From an uncultured Sphingomonas sp. (GTDB taxonomy: Bacteria; Pseudomonadota; Alphaproteobacteria; Sphingomonadales; Sphingomonadaceae): a stretch of 64,000 nt of DNA. Location: contig CBIHNZ010000017.1 in NCBI GenBank assembly GCA_966211615.1, positions 22,954 to 86,953 on the forward strand. The letters are read 5' to 3'. The position numbers were made by a program, and so were the translations under genes. This document shows, piece by piece, positions 10,727 to 19,547 of this stretch (position 1 is the first letter of the stretch; each line of letters starts with the position of its first letter). The notes below the pieces were generated by a model that was given only the letters and a program-made list of their open reading frames with translations, had not been told where the DNA came from and searched no databases.

Positions 10727-13027
10727 TTAGCGCCCGAGATTCTTGAAAGCGAGGGTCAGCAGGAAGGAATTGCCGGCCTGGGCGTCGCCGGTTGTCTCGT
10801 AATCGCGCTTCCAGGTGAGGCCGAGACGGAGGCAATCGTCCTCATAGGTGATTCCCATCCGGTGACGGACCGGCTCGAAGCCGTCGGCCAGCGAGAGCGG
10901 ATCCTCGTCGCGATTGGTCAGATCGATCAAGGTCGAACCCGAGACCGACCAGAAGCGCGCGAGCTGGATGCGGGCACCCAGGCGAAGCTCCTCGCGATCC
11001 TGAAGATCCTCGAGCGCAGGACCGATGTTTCGGTTGAGGCGCAGATAGCCGATCGTCGCATAGGTGCTGCGCGAGCCGACCGTCATGTCGAGCTCGTTGC
11101 GGCGAATGGCGAGGCCGTCCTTGTCGAGCCGGTAGCGATGGGTGAACGAGATGAAGTCGCGGAAGCGGATCACCGTGCGCCCGACAATGTCCGACACGCG
11201 ATCGGTGAGGCCGGTCCCGTCCGGAAAGAGCGTGGGGCGCGTGCTGATGCGATAGCTCTGGCCGATATTCGCATCGATGCTGAAGCCGGGCAGATAGAGG
11301 GCATAGTCGACGCCCCAGGTGACGCGGCTCGAATCCTCGACCCGGTCATAGCCCGGGAAACGATTGAGCGCGAAGAGGTTCGAATCCTCGAGATCGACGG
11401 CGCGCGCGTCCTCGTTGGGGACCTGCAGATTCTCGATCTTGGGCGAGGCGACGAACTGGAGGCGCGGGGTGATGCGCTGCGTGCCGCCGAACAGCTCGCC
11501 GACCAGCGGCCATTTCATGTCGAGCGCGGCCGATGCGATCCCGCGGAAATGGAAACCGTCCTCGCCGCGATAGCTGGCTACCGTCGTCAGCATCGTATCG
11601 GAGGCGTGGTAGATGTCGCCGCGGGTATAGGCGGTGAGCGTGATCTCCTGGCCCCAGGCGGTGAGCTTGCGCAGGTCCCAGCGCGCGCTGGCGAAGGCAC
11701 GCTGCGAATCCTGGCCGTCCGACCGCCCGATCGCGAGCGAATTGACCTCGAACTCGAAGCGGCCGCCGACGATGCCGTCGTCCATGCGGCGGCGATAGTC
11801 GATCTCGGGCAGCGCGAAGGGCTGGAGCCCCTGGCGCTCGCCGACGCGCAGCGTCTGCACCACCCAGGCGTTGATCGAGAAATAGCTGTCCTGGTCGATC
11901 CGTTCGACGCGCAGATTGTTGCGCAGCCGATCGTCGCGCGAAATGTCGTAGCGGCGCAGGAAGGTCCGGTCGGTCGAGAGGCGGAACGAAGCGCTCGCGC
12001 TCCAGTTCGGATCGAGCTGGACGTTGCCGACTGCGTCGAAATAGCCGCGGAAATCGTTCTTCGAGGTCGCGTCGGTGATCGGCACGCTGAGATCGTCGGC
12101 GCGGCGGCTATAGGTGCCGTACGCGCTGACCCGGTACGCGCCCAGGCTGTTGATCTCGCGATAATCGGCCTGGAGCATCGGCAGCGTGTTGGTGAACACG
12201 CGCGGCGTGACGGTGAGGTCGCGATTGGGCGCCAGGCTGAAGAAATAGGGCAGCGCGATCTGCAGGCCGTTGGTCCGGTTGTAGCGGATATCGGGCGTCA
12301 GGAAGCCGTCGTCGCTGACCCCGCCGGCGGGGTGCGAGAAAGCCGGCAGCGGGATCGTCGCGAAGCCGAACACCGAGATGCGCGCCCCGGTGTAGCGGAT
12401 GCGCTTCTTCTCGGGATTGTAGACGACACGGTCCGCGGTGATCTTCCAGGACGGCTCCTTGGGGCAGCCGGCCGAATCGGAGACCGAGCAGGGCGTATAG
12501 GCGGCGTGCTCGACCGTGATGATGCCGTTGTCGCGCCGCCCGCGCTCGGCGGCGATGCGTCCGCCCGCGTCGAGCACGACCAGCATGTTCTCGACGACAC
12601 CGTCCCGGAGCGTGTCGGTCAGCTCGATCCGATCACCATAGGCGGTGTCGCCCTGGGGATTGGCGACGACGATATTGCCCTCGGCGGTGACCTGGCCGGT
12701 CTTGCGGTTCCACACGACCTTGTCGGCGCGCAGCCGCTCGCTGCGGCGATAGAGACGGACATCCCCCGTCGCGGTGACGATGTCGGCTTCCGAATCATAT
12801 TCGAGCACGTCGGAGGTGAACTGGATCTGCTCGGGATCGTCGGGCACCGCGGTGGGGGAGAGGGGTGGCGGCTCCGCCAGGCGATCCTGAAGGTTTGCGG
12901 CCGGTACTTCCTGAGGGAGGGGCTGATCGGCCGGCGTCTCGCGCGGATCGGCAGTCTCCTGTGCATGGGCCTGCGCCGTCAGGCACAATCCCAGCGCAGC
13001 CGAGAGCAGCAGGCCCTTGCGCGTCAC
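10727..13027 (-). CDS. lptD: LPS assembly outer-membrane protein
   Basis: Signal peptide, OstA-like N-domain, YTPC motif, NEDARAVDLEDSNLFALNRFPGYDRVE; upstream of surA. Start GTG 13027 (alternative 13039). Confidence 0.95.
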   Translation of the reverse strand: MTRKGLLLSAALGLCLTAQAHAQETADPRETPADQPLPQEVPAANLQDRLAEPPPLSPTAVPDDPEQIQFTSDVLEYDSEADIVTATGDVRLYRRSERLRADKVVWNRKTGQVTAEGNIVVANPQGDTAYGDRIELTDTLRDGVVENMLVVLDAGGRIAAERGRRDNGIITVEHAAYTPCSVSDSAGCPKEPSWKITADRVVYNPEKKRIRYTGARISVFGFATIPLPAFSHPAGGVSDDGFLTPDIRYNRTNGLQIALPYFFSLAPNRDLTVTPRVFTNTLPMLQADYREINSLGAYRVSAYGTYSRRADDLSVPITDATSKNDFRGYFDAVGNVQLDPNWSASASFRLSTDRTFLRRYDISRDDRLRNNLRVERIDQDSYFSINAWVVQTLRVGERQGLQPFALPEIDYRRRMDDGIVGGRFEFEVNSLAIGRSDGQDSQRAFASARWDLRKLTAWGQEITLTAYTRGDIYHASDTMLTTVASYRGEDGFHFRGIASAALDMKWPLVGELFGGTQRITPRLQFVASPKIENLQVPNEDARAVDLEDSNLFALNRFPGYDRVEDSSRVTWGVDYALYLPGFSIDANIGQSYRISTRPTLFPDGTGLTDRVSDIVGRTVIRFRDFISFTHRYRLDKDGLAIRRNELDMTVGSRSTYATIGYLRLNRNIGPALEDLQDREELRLGARIQLARFWSVSGSTLIDLTNRDEDPLSLADGFEPVRHRMGITYEDDCLRLGLTWKRDYETTGDAQAGNSFLLTLAFKNLGR

Positions 13028-13149
13028 GAATTTTCCCACCTTTTGTCTCTACTCCCGGGCACGCGGCGCCTTCCGCCCTATCGCAGCGGTTGCGGCACCG
13101 CAATGTTACGTGCGTTGGCCCGAACGCCCGGACCGGCTATCGGGGACCA

Positions 13150-13590
13150 ATGCAGGTCGATTTCTATCATCTTACGCGTGCTCCGCTGGAGCGGGTGCTG
13201 CCGCAGATCACGGAAAAAGTGCTGGCGGGCGGCGGGCGGCTGCTGGTGATATCGGACGATGCGGACCAGCGGGCCAGGCTCGACCAATTGCTGTGGAGCT
13301 ATGCCCCCGAGAGTTTCCTGGCGCATGCGCAGGCGGGTGGCGAGAACGACGCGCTGCAGCCGGTGCTGATCGGCAGCGCGGTCGAGGCATCGAACGGCGC
13401 GCGCAACGTCGCCATGGCGGACGGGATGTGGCGCGAGGAGGCGCTAGGTTTCGATCGCGCCTTCCACTTCTTCGACGAGGAACGGATCGTCGAAGCCCGC
13501 GCGGCCTGGAGGGCATTGACGGACCGCGAGGGCGTCGAGCGGCGCTATTGGAAGCAGAATGACGCGGGGCGCTGGGAGCAGGTGGCCTGA
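13150..13590 (+). CDS. holC: DNA polymerase III subunit chi
   Basis: MQVDFYHL, LDQLLWS...FLAH, ARAAW..L, YWKQ..GRW. Confidence 0.93.
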   Translation: MQVDFYHLTRAPLERVLPQITEKVLAGGGRLLVISDDADQRARLDQLLWSYAPESFLAHAQAGGENDALQPVLIGSAVEASNGARNVAMADGMWREEALGFDRAFHFFDEERIVEARAAWRALTDREGVERRYWKQNDAGRWEQVA

Positions 13591-13646
13591 GCGGCGGAAA
13601 TCAGCGGTTTTTCTCGATTTCGGCGGACGGTCGAGCAATGCGTCAA

Positions 13647-13768
13647 GTTGACACGGTTGACACCTGCCATGTCGAAAAAACTTCCTTCCCGAATTCCGCG
13701 CGTTTTGAAGACCTCGACGATGAGAAAGAGCAGGTCCGTCGATCGGCCCTGAAATCCTACATTGCAAG
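13647..13768 (+). repeat. Dispersed intergenic element copy B (no internal array), followed by a 13-bp tandem duplication
   Basis: GTTGACACGGTTGAC 13647-13661, AAAGAGC 13725-13731, AAATCCTACATTGCAAG 13752-13768; GCAAGGTGATTGG twice at 13764-13789. Confidence 0.75.
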
Positions 13769-13923
13769 GTGATTGGGCAAGGTGATTGGGCAAGCTGGTC
13801 GGATCACCGGTGGAGGGTGACGATCGTTCGGGGGCGGGGCGTGCTCCGGCTTGCATCGGCACCGTCGCGGGACTAGAGAGCCGCGACTTTTCCACAACCC
13901 CAAGACACAGGAGCCGCACGGCC

Positions 13924-14346
13924 ATGGCCGCGACCCGGACCTTTTCGATCATCAAGCCCGATGCCACCCGCCGCAACCTGACCGGTGCGGTCACCAAGAT
14001 GCTCGAGGAAGCCGGCCTGCGCGTCGTCGCCTCCAAGCGCATCCAGATGACCAAGGAGCAGGCCGAGGGCTTTTACGGCGTGCACCGTGAGCGTCCGTTC
14101 TTCAACGACCTCGTCTCGTTCATGATCTCGGGCCCGGTCGTGGTCCAGGTGCTCGAGGGCGAGAACGCGGTGCAGGCGAACCGCGACATCATGGGCGCGA
14201 CCAACCCGGCCAATGCCGATGCCGGCACGATCCGCAAGGAACTGGCCGAATCGATCGAGGCGAACTCGGTCCATGGTTCGGACAGCGAAGAGAATGCGGC
14301 GATCGAGATCGCCTATTTCTTCAAGCCGGAAGAGATTGTCGGCTGA
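13924..14346 (+). CDS. ndk: Nucleoside diphosphate kinase
   Basis: [32 protein letters not shown]. Confidence 0.98.
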   Translation: MAATRTFSIIKPDATRRNLTGAVTKMLEEAGLRVVASKRIQMTKEQAEGFYGVHRERPFFNDLVSFMISGPVVVQVLEGENAVQANRDIMGATNPANADAGTIRKELAESIEANSVHGSDSEENAAIEIAYFFKPEEIVG

Positions 14347-14388
14347 GCCGATGCCGTCCCTCTCGAATGAGGGACGGAAGCAATTGAG

Positions 14389-14420
14389 AGGGTCGGGGCC
14401 TTCGGGTCTCGACCCTTTTT
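14389..14420 (+). terminator. Intrinsic terminator of ndk
   Basis: AGGGTCGGGGCC-TTCG-GGTCTCGACCCT followed by a T run; a second hairpin (CCGTCCCTC/GAGGGACGG) lies at 14354-14377. Confidence 0.85.
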
Positions 14421-14470
14421 CTTTGGACTGTGCGGCGCGCGCCAGAAGTGGGTGATCCGCTCGCCTACAA

Positions 14471-14748
14471 GTTGCCGAAGTTGACTCGAAGGGCGGGGTG
14501 GAATCTTCCTCTCTCAGAGGCGCCGTGGCGCGCGCGCCCAGAACGCGACGGTAACGCGACAGCAAAGTCACATCTGTGCGCCAGCCATGCAACGGCGACG
14601 CGACAATGAGGGGACAACGACGCGCCACCTACGCGCCACCGACGCGACGATGGCGCCGTGCCGGCGCGGGTGCTTCAATCCACGGTTCAAAGAGCGGCGC
14701 CATCGAAGTCGCCGCTGCAGCCGAGCAGGCTAAATTCTACATTGCAAG
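14471..14748 (+). repeat. Dispersed intergenic element copy C with 11-unit 11-bp phased array
   Basis: GTTGCCGAAGTTGAC 14471-14485; GCG(A/C)C(A/G)-like hexamers every 11 bp from 14534 to 14644; AAAGAGC 14689-14695; AAATTCTACATTGCAAG 14732-14748. Confidence 0.85.
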
Positions 14749-14914
14749 GCCGGATGCGATACGGGAGCATTGACGGCTTTCGGCCCAATCTCTGCCCTCA
14801 GCGCGTCGCTTCGATGACGTCTGTTTTGGCCCCAAGCGAACCCCAGATTGTGCTACGTTCGCGCATCCTAGCTGGGCGTGTGCTCAGGACTGATGCCGGA
14901 CAATCGTGCTCGTG

Positions 14915-15790
14915 ATGCTACATGTCACCAACGGCGAAAGCGCAGGAGAGTCTCTGCGTCGCAGCGGCGTACCGGGGCGCGTGATCGCGTGGCGGGATGT
15001 CTTGCACGAAGGTCCGGTGCCGGCGGGTTTGACGCTTGCGGGCATGAGCGAGGTGCGCGCGCGCTTCCTCGCGCAGTGGGACCCAAGATCGTTTCCTGCG
15101 GTCGCGGCGAGCTTCGACGAACGCGACGGTGCGCTCGGTTCGGCCCGCCATGTGGTGCTTTGGTTCGAGCACGATCTCTACGATCAACTGCAGTTGTTGC
15201 AGATTCTCGAGGCGCTTTCGAACGAGCCTGACACCGCGGTCGACATGATCTGCATCGATGCGTTTCCCGGCATCGTGCCATTTTACGGCCTCGGCCAGCT
15301 TACGCCGATGCAACTGGCGTCGCTGTGGCCAAAACGCCAGCCGGTCACTGCAGAGCAGTACGCGCTCGGCGCCCGCGCGTGGAAAGCCTTCACTTCGCCC
15401 GATCCCGGCGCGGTGCTCCAACTTCTCGCAACGGATATCGGCGCGCTCCCGTTTCTGGGCAACGCACTGCGGCGTTTGCTCGACGAATATCCCGCGCCTC
15501 CCACCGGCCTGGGGCGCACTGAACGGCAGCTCCTGCAAGCCGTCGCGCGCGGCGCCCGCAGCTTCGCCGAGCTGTTTCCCGCCAATGCCGCGGGGGAGGA
15601 GGCGAGCTTCATGGGCGATACGACGGTGGAATCGCGCCTCGCGGCCCTTATCCGCGCCCGCACCCCGCTCGTCACGCCGGAGCCCTACACGCTGACCGCG
15701 GCCGGCCAGCGCGTGCTCGCCGGCGAGGCCGATGCCCGTCAGCTCAACGGCATCGACCGCTGGATCGGCGGCGTGCACTTCAAAGCATAA
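14915..15790 (+). CDS. DUF1835-domain protein
   Basis: MLHVTNGESAG, WRDVLHEGPVP and WFEHDLYDQLQLL are typical of DUF1835. Confidence 0.8.
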   Translation: MLHVTNGESAGESLRRSGVPGRVIAWRDVLHEGPVPAGLTLAGMSEVRARFLAQWDPRSFPAVAASFDERDGALGSARHVVLWFEHDLYDQLQLLQILEALSNEPDTAVDMICIDAFPGIVPFYGLGQLTPMQLASLWPKRQPVTAEQYALGARAWKAFTSPDPGAVLQLLATDIGALPFLGNALRRLLDEYPAPPTGLGRTERQLLQAVARGARSFAELFPANAAGEEASFMGDTTVESRLAALIRARTPLVTPEPYTLTAAGQRVLAGEADARQLNGIDRWIGGVHFKA

Positions 15791-15906
15791 GGCCGTAGGA
15801 CGTCCGTTTCTGGCGCTTAACGGCCGTTGGCTGCCGGCAATTGGAGCGACCGTTTTCCGCCAGAAGCGGAGGTCGCGTCGTAAAACGCCCGGGCTCGGAG
15901 CCCTGT

Positions 15907-17301
15907 CTATCGCGGCAAGGCGATCGTCGCGGTCAGCCCGCCGCCCTCGCGGTTCGCCAGTGCGATCGTGCCGCCGGCGTCGTGGACGATCGCGCGGGCG
16001 AGGGCCAATCCCAGGCCGATCCCGCCGGTGTCGCGGTTGCGCGATTCCTCGAGGCGCATGAAGGGATCGAACACCGCGTCGATCTTGTCGGGCGGGATGC
16101 CCGGGCCGCGATCGCAGACCTGCACCTCGACCGAATGCTCGCGGGGCACGAGGAAGACCTCGGCGCCGCCGCCATATTTGACGGCGTTCTCGATCAGATT
16201 GCGCACCGCGCGGCGCATCAGCGTGGGCCTGAGGTGCATCGCCAGCCGCGGCGCCTCCTCGAAGGTGACGTCGTGATCGAGATCGCGGAAATCCTCGACC
16301 ACCGCATCGACCAGAGCCGACAGGTCGACATCCGTCATCTTCTCGCTCGGCCGGCCCAGCCGCGCGAGCGAGAGGATGTCGTCCAGCGTGCGGCTCATCT
16401 CGTCGATCGTGTCGGCCATCCGCGCGCGGTCATCCTCATCCTCGACCGATTCGATGCGGACGCGCAGCGCCTGGAGCGGGGTGCGCAGATCGTGGCCGAT
16501 CGCGCCGAGCATGCGGTCCTTCTCGTCGAGCATGCCGTTCACGCGGCGGCTGAGCGCATTGTACGCGCCGATCACCGCGCGGACCTCGCCCGATCCCTGC
16601 TCCTCCAGCGGCGGGGTACCGTCGCCCGGCTTGAAGCTGCGCGCGGCCTGGGCAAGCGTGCGCAGCGGCATGGCGATGCGGCGCCCGGCCAGCAGCACGG
16701 GCACGAGCACGACGATATAGAGGATCAGCGTCTGCGCGATCAGCTGCCAGATCAGCGCCATTTCGGTGCGCGGCCAGGGCGATCCGAGCGCCAGCCAGCC
16801 CTTGCCCGGCAGCTCGACCGCGACGACGAGCTCGGCGCCCATGCGCTGCAGCCGCTCGGCGCGGCGCGGGCCGAGCTCCTTCAAGGCGCGCGCGTCGAGC
16901 TTGAACGGCCGGACGATCGCGACGAGCTGGCCGACATGGGTGCCGCCTTCCTCGAGGCCCCGGCGGATGCTCGCCTCCAGATCGGCGCGGCGATCGGCAT
17001 TGGCATCGAGCGGGTTGGTCGCGTGCAGCTGCACCCGCGTGCGCGGATCGGTGATGTAGCTGCCGCGCGGGATCCGGATCGTGTCGGGCAGCGCCGAGCG
17101 CGTGATCAGCAGCCGTTCGGACGCATCGGAAAGGCGCGTGATCGTCGGCACGATCACCTGGGCGAAGCGTGCCGTCTGGCGCTCGCGCAGCAACAGGCCG
17201 AAATTGATCGCCTGGGCGACGAACAGCGCGACCGCGACCAGCAGCGCGATCTGCCCGGCGAGGCTCTTGGGATAGAGGCGCGACAGCGCCCTAGGCCTCA
17301 C
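15907..17301 (-). CDS. Membrane sensor histidine kinase (HAMP-HisKA-HATPase)
   Basis: Two TM segments, H-box IGHDLRTPL, NLIENAVKY, DRGPGI, GGIGLGLA. Confidence 0.95.
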   Translation of the reverse strand: MRPRALSRLYPKSLAGQIALLVAVALFVAQAINFGLLLRERQTARFAQVIVPTITRLSDASERLLITRSALPDTIRIPRGSYITDPRTRVQLHATNPLDANADRRADLEASIRRGLEEGGTHVGQLVAIVRPFKLDARALKELGPRRAERLQRMGAELVVAVELPGKGWLALGSPWPRTEMALIWQLIAQTLILYIVVLVPVLLAGRRIAMPLRTLAQAARSFKPGDGTPPLEEQGSGEVRAVIGAYNALSRRVNGMLDEKDRMLGAIGHDLRTPLQALRVRIESVEDEDDRARMADTIDEMSRTLDDILSLARLGRPSEKMTDVDLSALVDAVVEDFRDLDHDVTFEEAPRLAMHLRPTLMRRAVRNLIENAVKYGGGAEVFLVPREHSVEVQVCDRGPGIPPDKIDAVFDPFMRLEESRNRDTGGIGLGLALARAIVHDAGGTIALANREGGGLTATIALPR

Positions 17302-18017
17302 AGGCGGGTCACTTCGGCCGCAAGCGTATAGCCGCCGCCCCAGACGGTCTTGATCAGTCCCGGATTCTTGGGATCGGGCTCGATCTTCTTGCGCAGCCGG
17401 CTGACCTGATTGTCGATCGCGCGATCGAAGGCGGCGGCCTCGCGGCCCTGGGTCAGATCGAGCAGCTGATCGCGGGTGAGCACCTGGCGCGGGCGCGTCA
17501 CCAGCGTGTGGAGGAGATTATACTCGCCGGTCGAGAGCGGGACCGACACACCTTCGCGATCGACCAGGGTGCGCTCGCCGGTCTTGAGCACCCAGCCGGC
17601 AAAGGCGAAGCTGCCGCTTTCGGGTGCGTGCTGCTTCGAGCCGCCGGCGGACCAGCGGCGCAGTACGACCTTGATGCGCGCCGAGAGCTCGCGCGGCGAG
17701 AAGGGCTTCACGACATAGTCGTCCGCGCCCATCTCCAGACCGACGATGCGATCGGTCTCCTCGCTGCGCGCGGTGAGCAGGATCACCGGCGTGTCGCTGG
17801 TCTCGCGGATGTGGCGGCACAGGCTGAGGCCGTCTTCGCCCGGCATCATGATGTCGAGGATGACCAGATCGATCGCATAGGCGGCCATGCGGGCGCGGGC
17901 GCCCTCGGCATCGCCGGCCTGCGTGACGCGGAAGCCTTGCTTGGTCAGATATTGGGCGAGGGGCTCGCGGATCGAGCGTTCGTCGTCGACCAGGAGGAGG
18001 TGGGGAATCTCAGACAT
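17298..18017 (-). CDS. OmpR-family response regulator
   Basis: LLLVDDE, ILDIMMPGEDG, GADDYVVKPF, winged helix DRAIDNQVSRLRKK...TVWGGGY. Confidence 0.96.
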   Translation of the reverse strand: MSEIPHLLLVDDERSIREPLAQYLTKQGFRVTQAGDAEGARARMAAYAIDLVILDIMMPGEDGLSLCRHIRETSDTPVILLTARSEETDRIVGLEMGADDYVVKPFSPRELSARIKVVLRRWSAGGSKQHAPESGSFAFAGWVLKTGERTLVDREGVSVPLSTGEYNLLHTLVTRPRQVLTRDQLLDLTQGREAAAFDRAIDNQVSRLRKKIEPDPKNPGLIKTVWGGGYTLAAEVTRL

Positions 18018-18104
18018 AGGGTTCAGCGTACCAATTCGCACGCGAGAAGGAAGTGCCGGGCGGGCGAGGAGGCGGGAGCCCGCCCGGCAAGTTCCGGCTG
18101 ACCT

Positions 18105-18593
18105 TCAATTGCCGTCGGGGGCGGAAGGCGGGTCAGCCGGCGGGGTCTGGGAAGCGCCGGGGACGGGCGCGGGGCGGTCACGACCGCCGCGCATCGACAT
18201 CATCCGCTGCATCGCGGCGTCGCGCTCGGCCTGGTCGATCTTGCCGTCATGATTGGTATCGATGCGGTCGAAGCGCTTATTGGCCTGGGCATGCTGCTCT
18301 TCGAGCGTGATCGTGCCGTCGCCGTTCGCATCGGTGCGGCCCATCATGCGGCCGCCGCGGGTGCCCTCGGCGAATATCTGGCGCTCTTCGGGCGTGATCT
18401 TGCCGTCGTGATTGGCATCGAGCTTGGCGAAACGGGCGTCGACATCGGCGAGCATCTCTTCGCGGGTGACGATGCCGTCGCCATTGGCGTCGGCGCGGGC
18501 GAGCGGATCGCGGCGCTGCTGATCCTGGCTGGCCAGGGCGCTGCCGGCGAGCAGAGTGGCACAAAGCGCGGCGGCGGGGATCAGCTGCTTCAT
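18105..18593 (-). CDS. Exported EF-hand protein
   Basis: Signal peptide and four EF-hand loops (DANGDGIVT, DANHDGKIT, DANGDGTIT, DTNHDGKID). Confidence 0.92.
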   Translation of the reverse strand: MKQLIPAAALCATLLAGSALASQDQQRRDPLARADANGDGIVTREEMLADVDARFAKLDANHDGKITPEERQIFAEGTRGGRMMGRTDANGDGTITLEEQHAQANKRFDRIDTNHDGKIDQAERDAAMQRMMSMRGGRDRPAPVPGASQTPPADPPSAPDGN

Positions 18594-18618
18594 TACGCGA
18601 CACTCCGGGGAAGACTTG

Positions 18619-18688
18619 CCCCGGCGAGGGGAGGGGAACACCCTCGCCGGGGAAACTGGTCGGCGAGAGGAGGGGGACGCTCTCGCCG
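18619..18688 (-). promoter_or_regulatory. Twin homologous hairpins with C-rich loops in the EF-hand gene leader
   Basis: Stems 18661-18669/18680-18688 and 18619-18630/18641-18652; 10-nt minus-strand loops CGUCCCCCUC and UGUUCCCCUC. Confidence 0.7.
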
Positions 18689-18770
18689 TGACACCCTTTT
18701 GGCGACCGCCTGTCTCAGCCGTTTGTCACGATCCGGGTAATGTGTCGCAAATTGTCGCAGGCGCGGGATT

Positions 18771-19547
18771 CTACGCGAAGATCGCGACACCTTGCATCGC
18801 CTCGGCGACCAGGTCGCCGGCCGCGTTCCACACCATCATGCGCTGGCTGGAATAGCCGTTCTGCGCGATATCCGCGGTGGAGCCGAGCAGCCACCAGCCG
18901 TCCTGGGTCACCGGCTCAGCCGCGACGAAATTGATCTGCCAGTTGAGCGAGCTGAGCGGTGCGCGACGATCCTCGATCAGCTTGAATGCGGCGGGCGGGA
19001 GCGCGTCGCCGATCGCCATCAGCTCGACCATCGGATGGAGCGTGTCGCGGGCGCGCAGCCGCGCCCAGCGCAGCCACTCGGCGGGGCCGTGCGCGGCCTT
19101 GGGATCGTGGAAGTTGAAGTTGCTGGTGAAGAAGCCGTCATCGGGCCCGGTATAGATTTCGGCATCCGGCGCGGGCGGCGCGATCGGCGCGCGGGGCGTC
19201 GTGTCGTGCGCGACCGCCGAGGCGAGCGGCGCCATGAAGACAAGGGTCGCGCGCAGGCCGAGCCCGGCTTCGGACGCGACATCGGCCTGGAGGAAGGCGG
19301 CGTTGCGGCCCCGGCGCAGCCTGGTGGCGGTGACGGTCACGGTGCCGGCGAGCGGGCCGATGAACGCGATCTGGGCCGAACGCAGCGGCGGCAGATCGGG
19401 CTCGCATTCGAGCGCGGCCTGGAGCGCCAGTGCCGCCGAGAGCCCGCCATAGGCGGTGCGGCCCTGCATCCAGTCGCCCGGGACGGTGCAGGTGAAGCCG
19501 GCTTCGGTGCGCGCGGCGCCCGCCAATATGTCGGCGATCGGCGTCAT
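18771..19547 (-). CDS. Acyl-CoA thioesterase (TesB-like double hotdog)
   Basis: WMQGRTAYGGL, GDALPPA, SSLNWQINF, GYSSQRM..W; start ATG 19547 overlaps the ligase stop. Confidence 0.88.
   Translation of the reverse strand: MTPIADILAGAARTEAGFTCTVPGDWMQGRTAYGGLSAALALQAALECEPDLPPLRSAQIAFIGPLAGTVTVTATRLRRGRNAAFLQADVASEAGLGLRATLVFMAPLASAVAHDTTPRAPIAPPAPDAEIYTGPDDGFFTSNFNFHDPKAAHGPAEWLRWARLRARDTLHPMVELMAIGDALPPAAFKLIEDRRAPLSSLNWQINFVAAEPVTQDGWWLLGSTADIAQNGYSSQRMMVWNAAGDLVAEAMQGVAIFA

Noticed and set aside
15790-15880. Integron attC-like site after the DUF1835 gene (GCTTAAC matches RYYYAAC)
   Set aside because: No complementary GTTRRRY core at a proper distance, and no integrase or cassette array.
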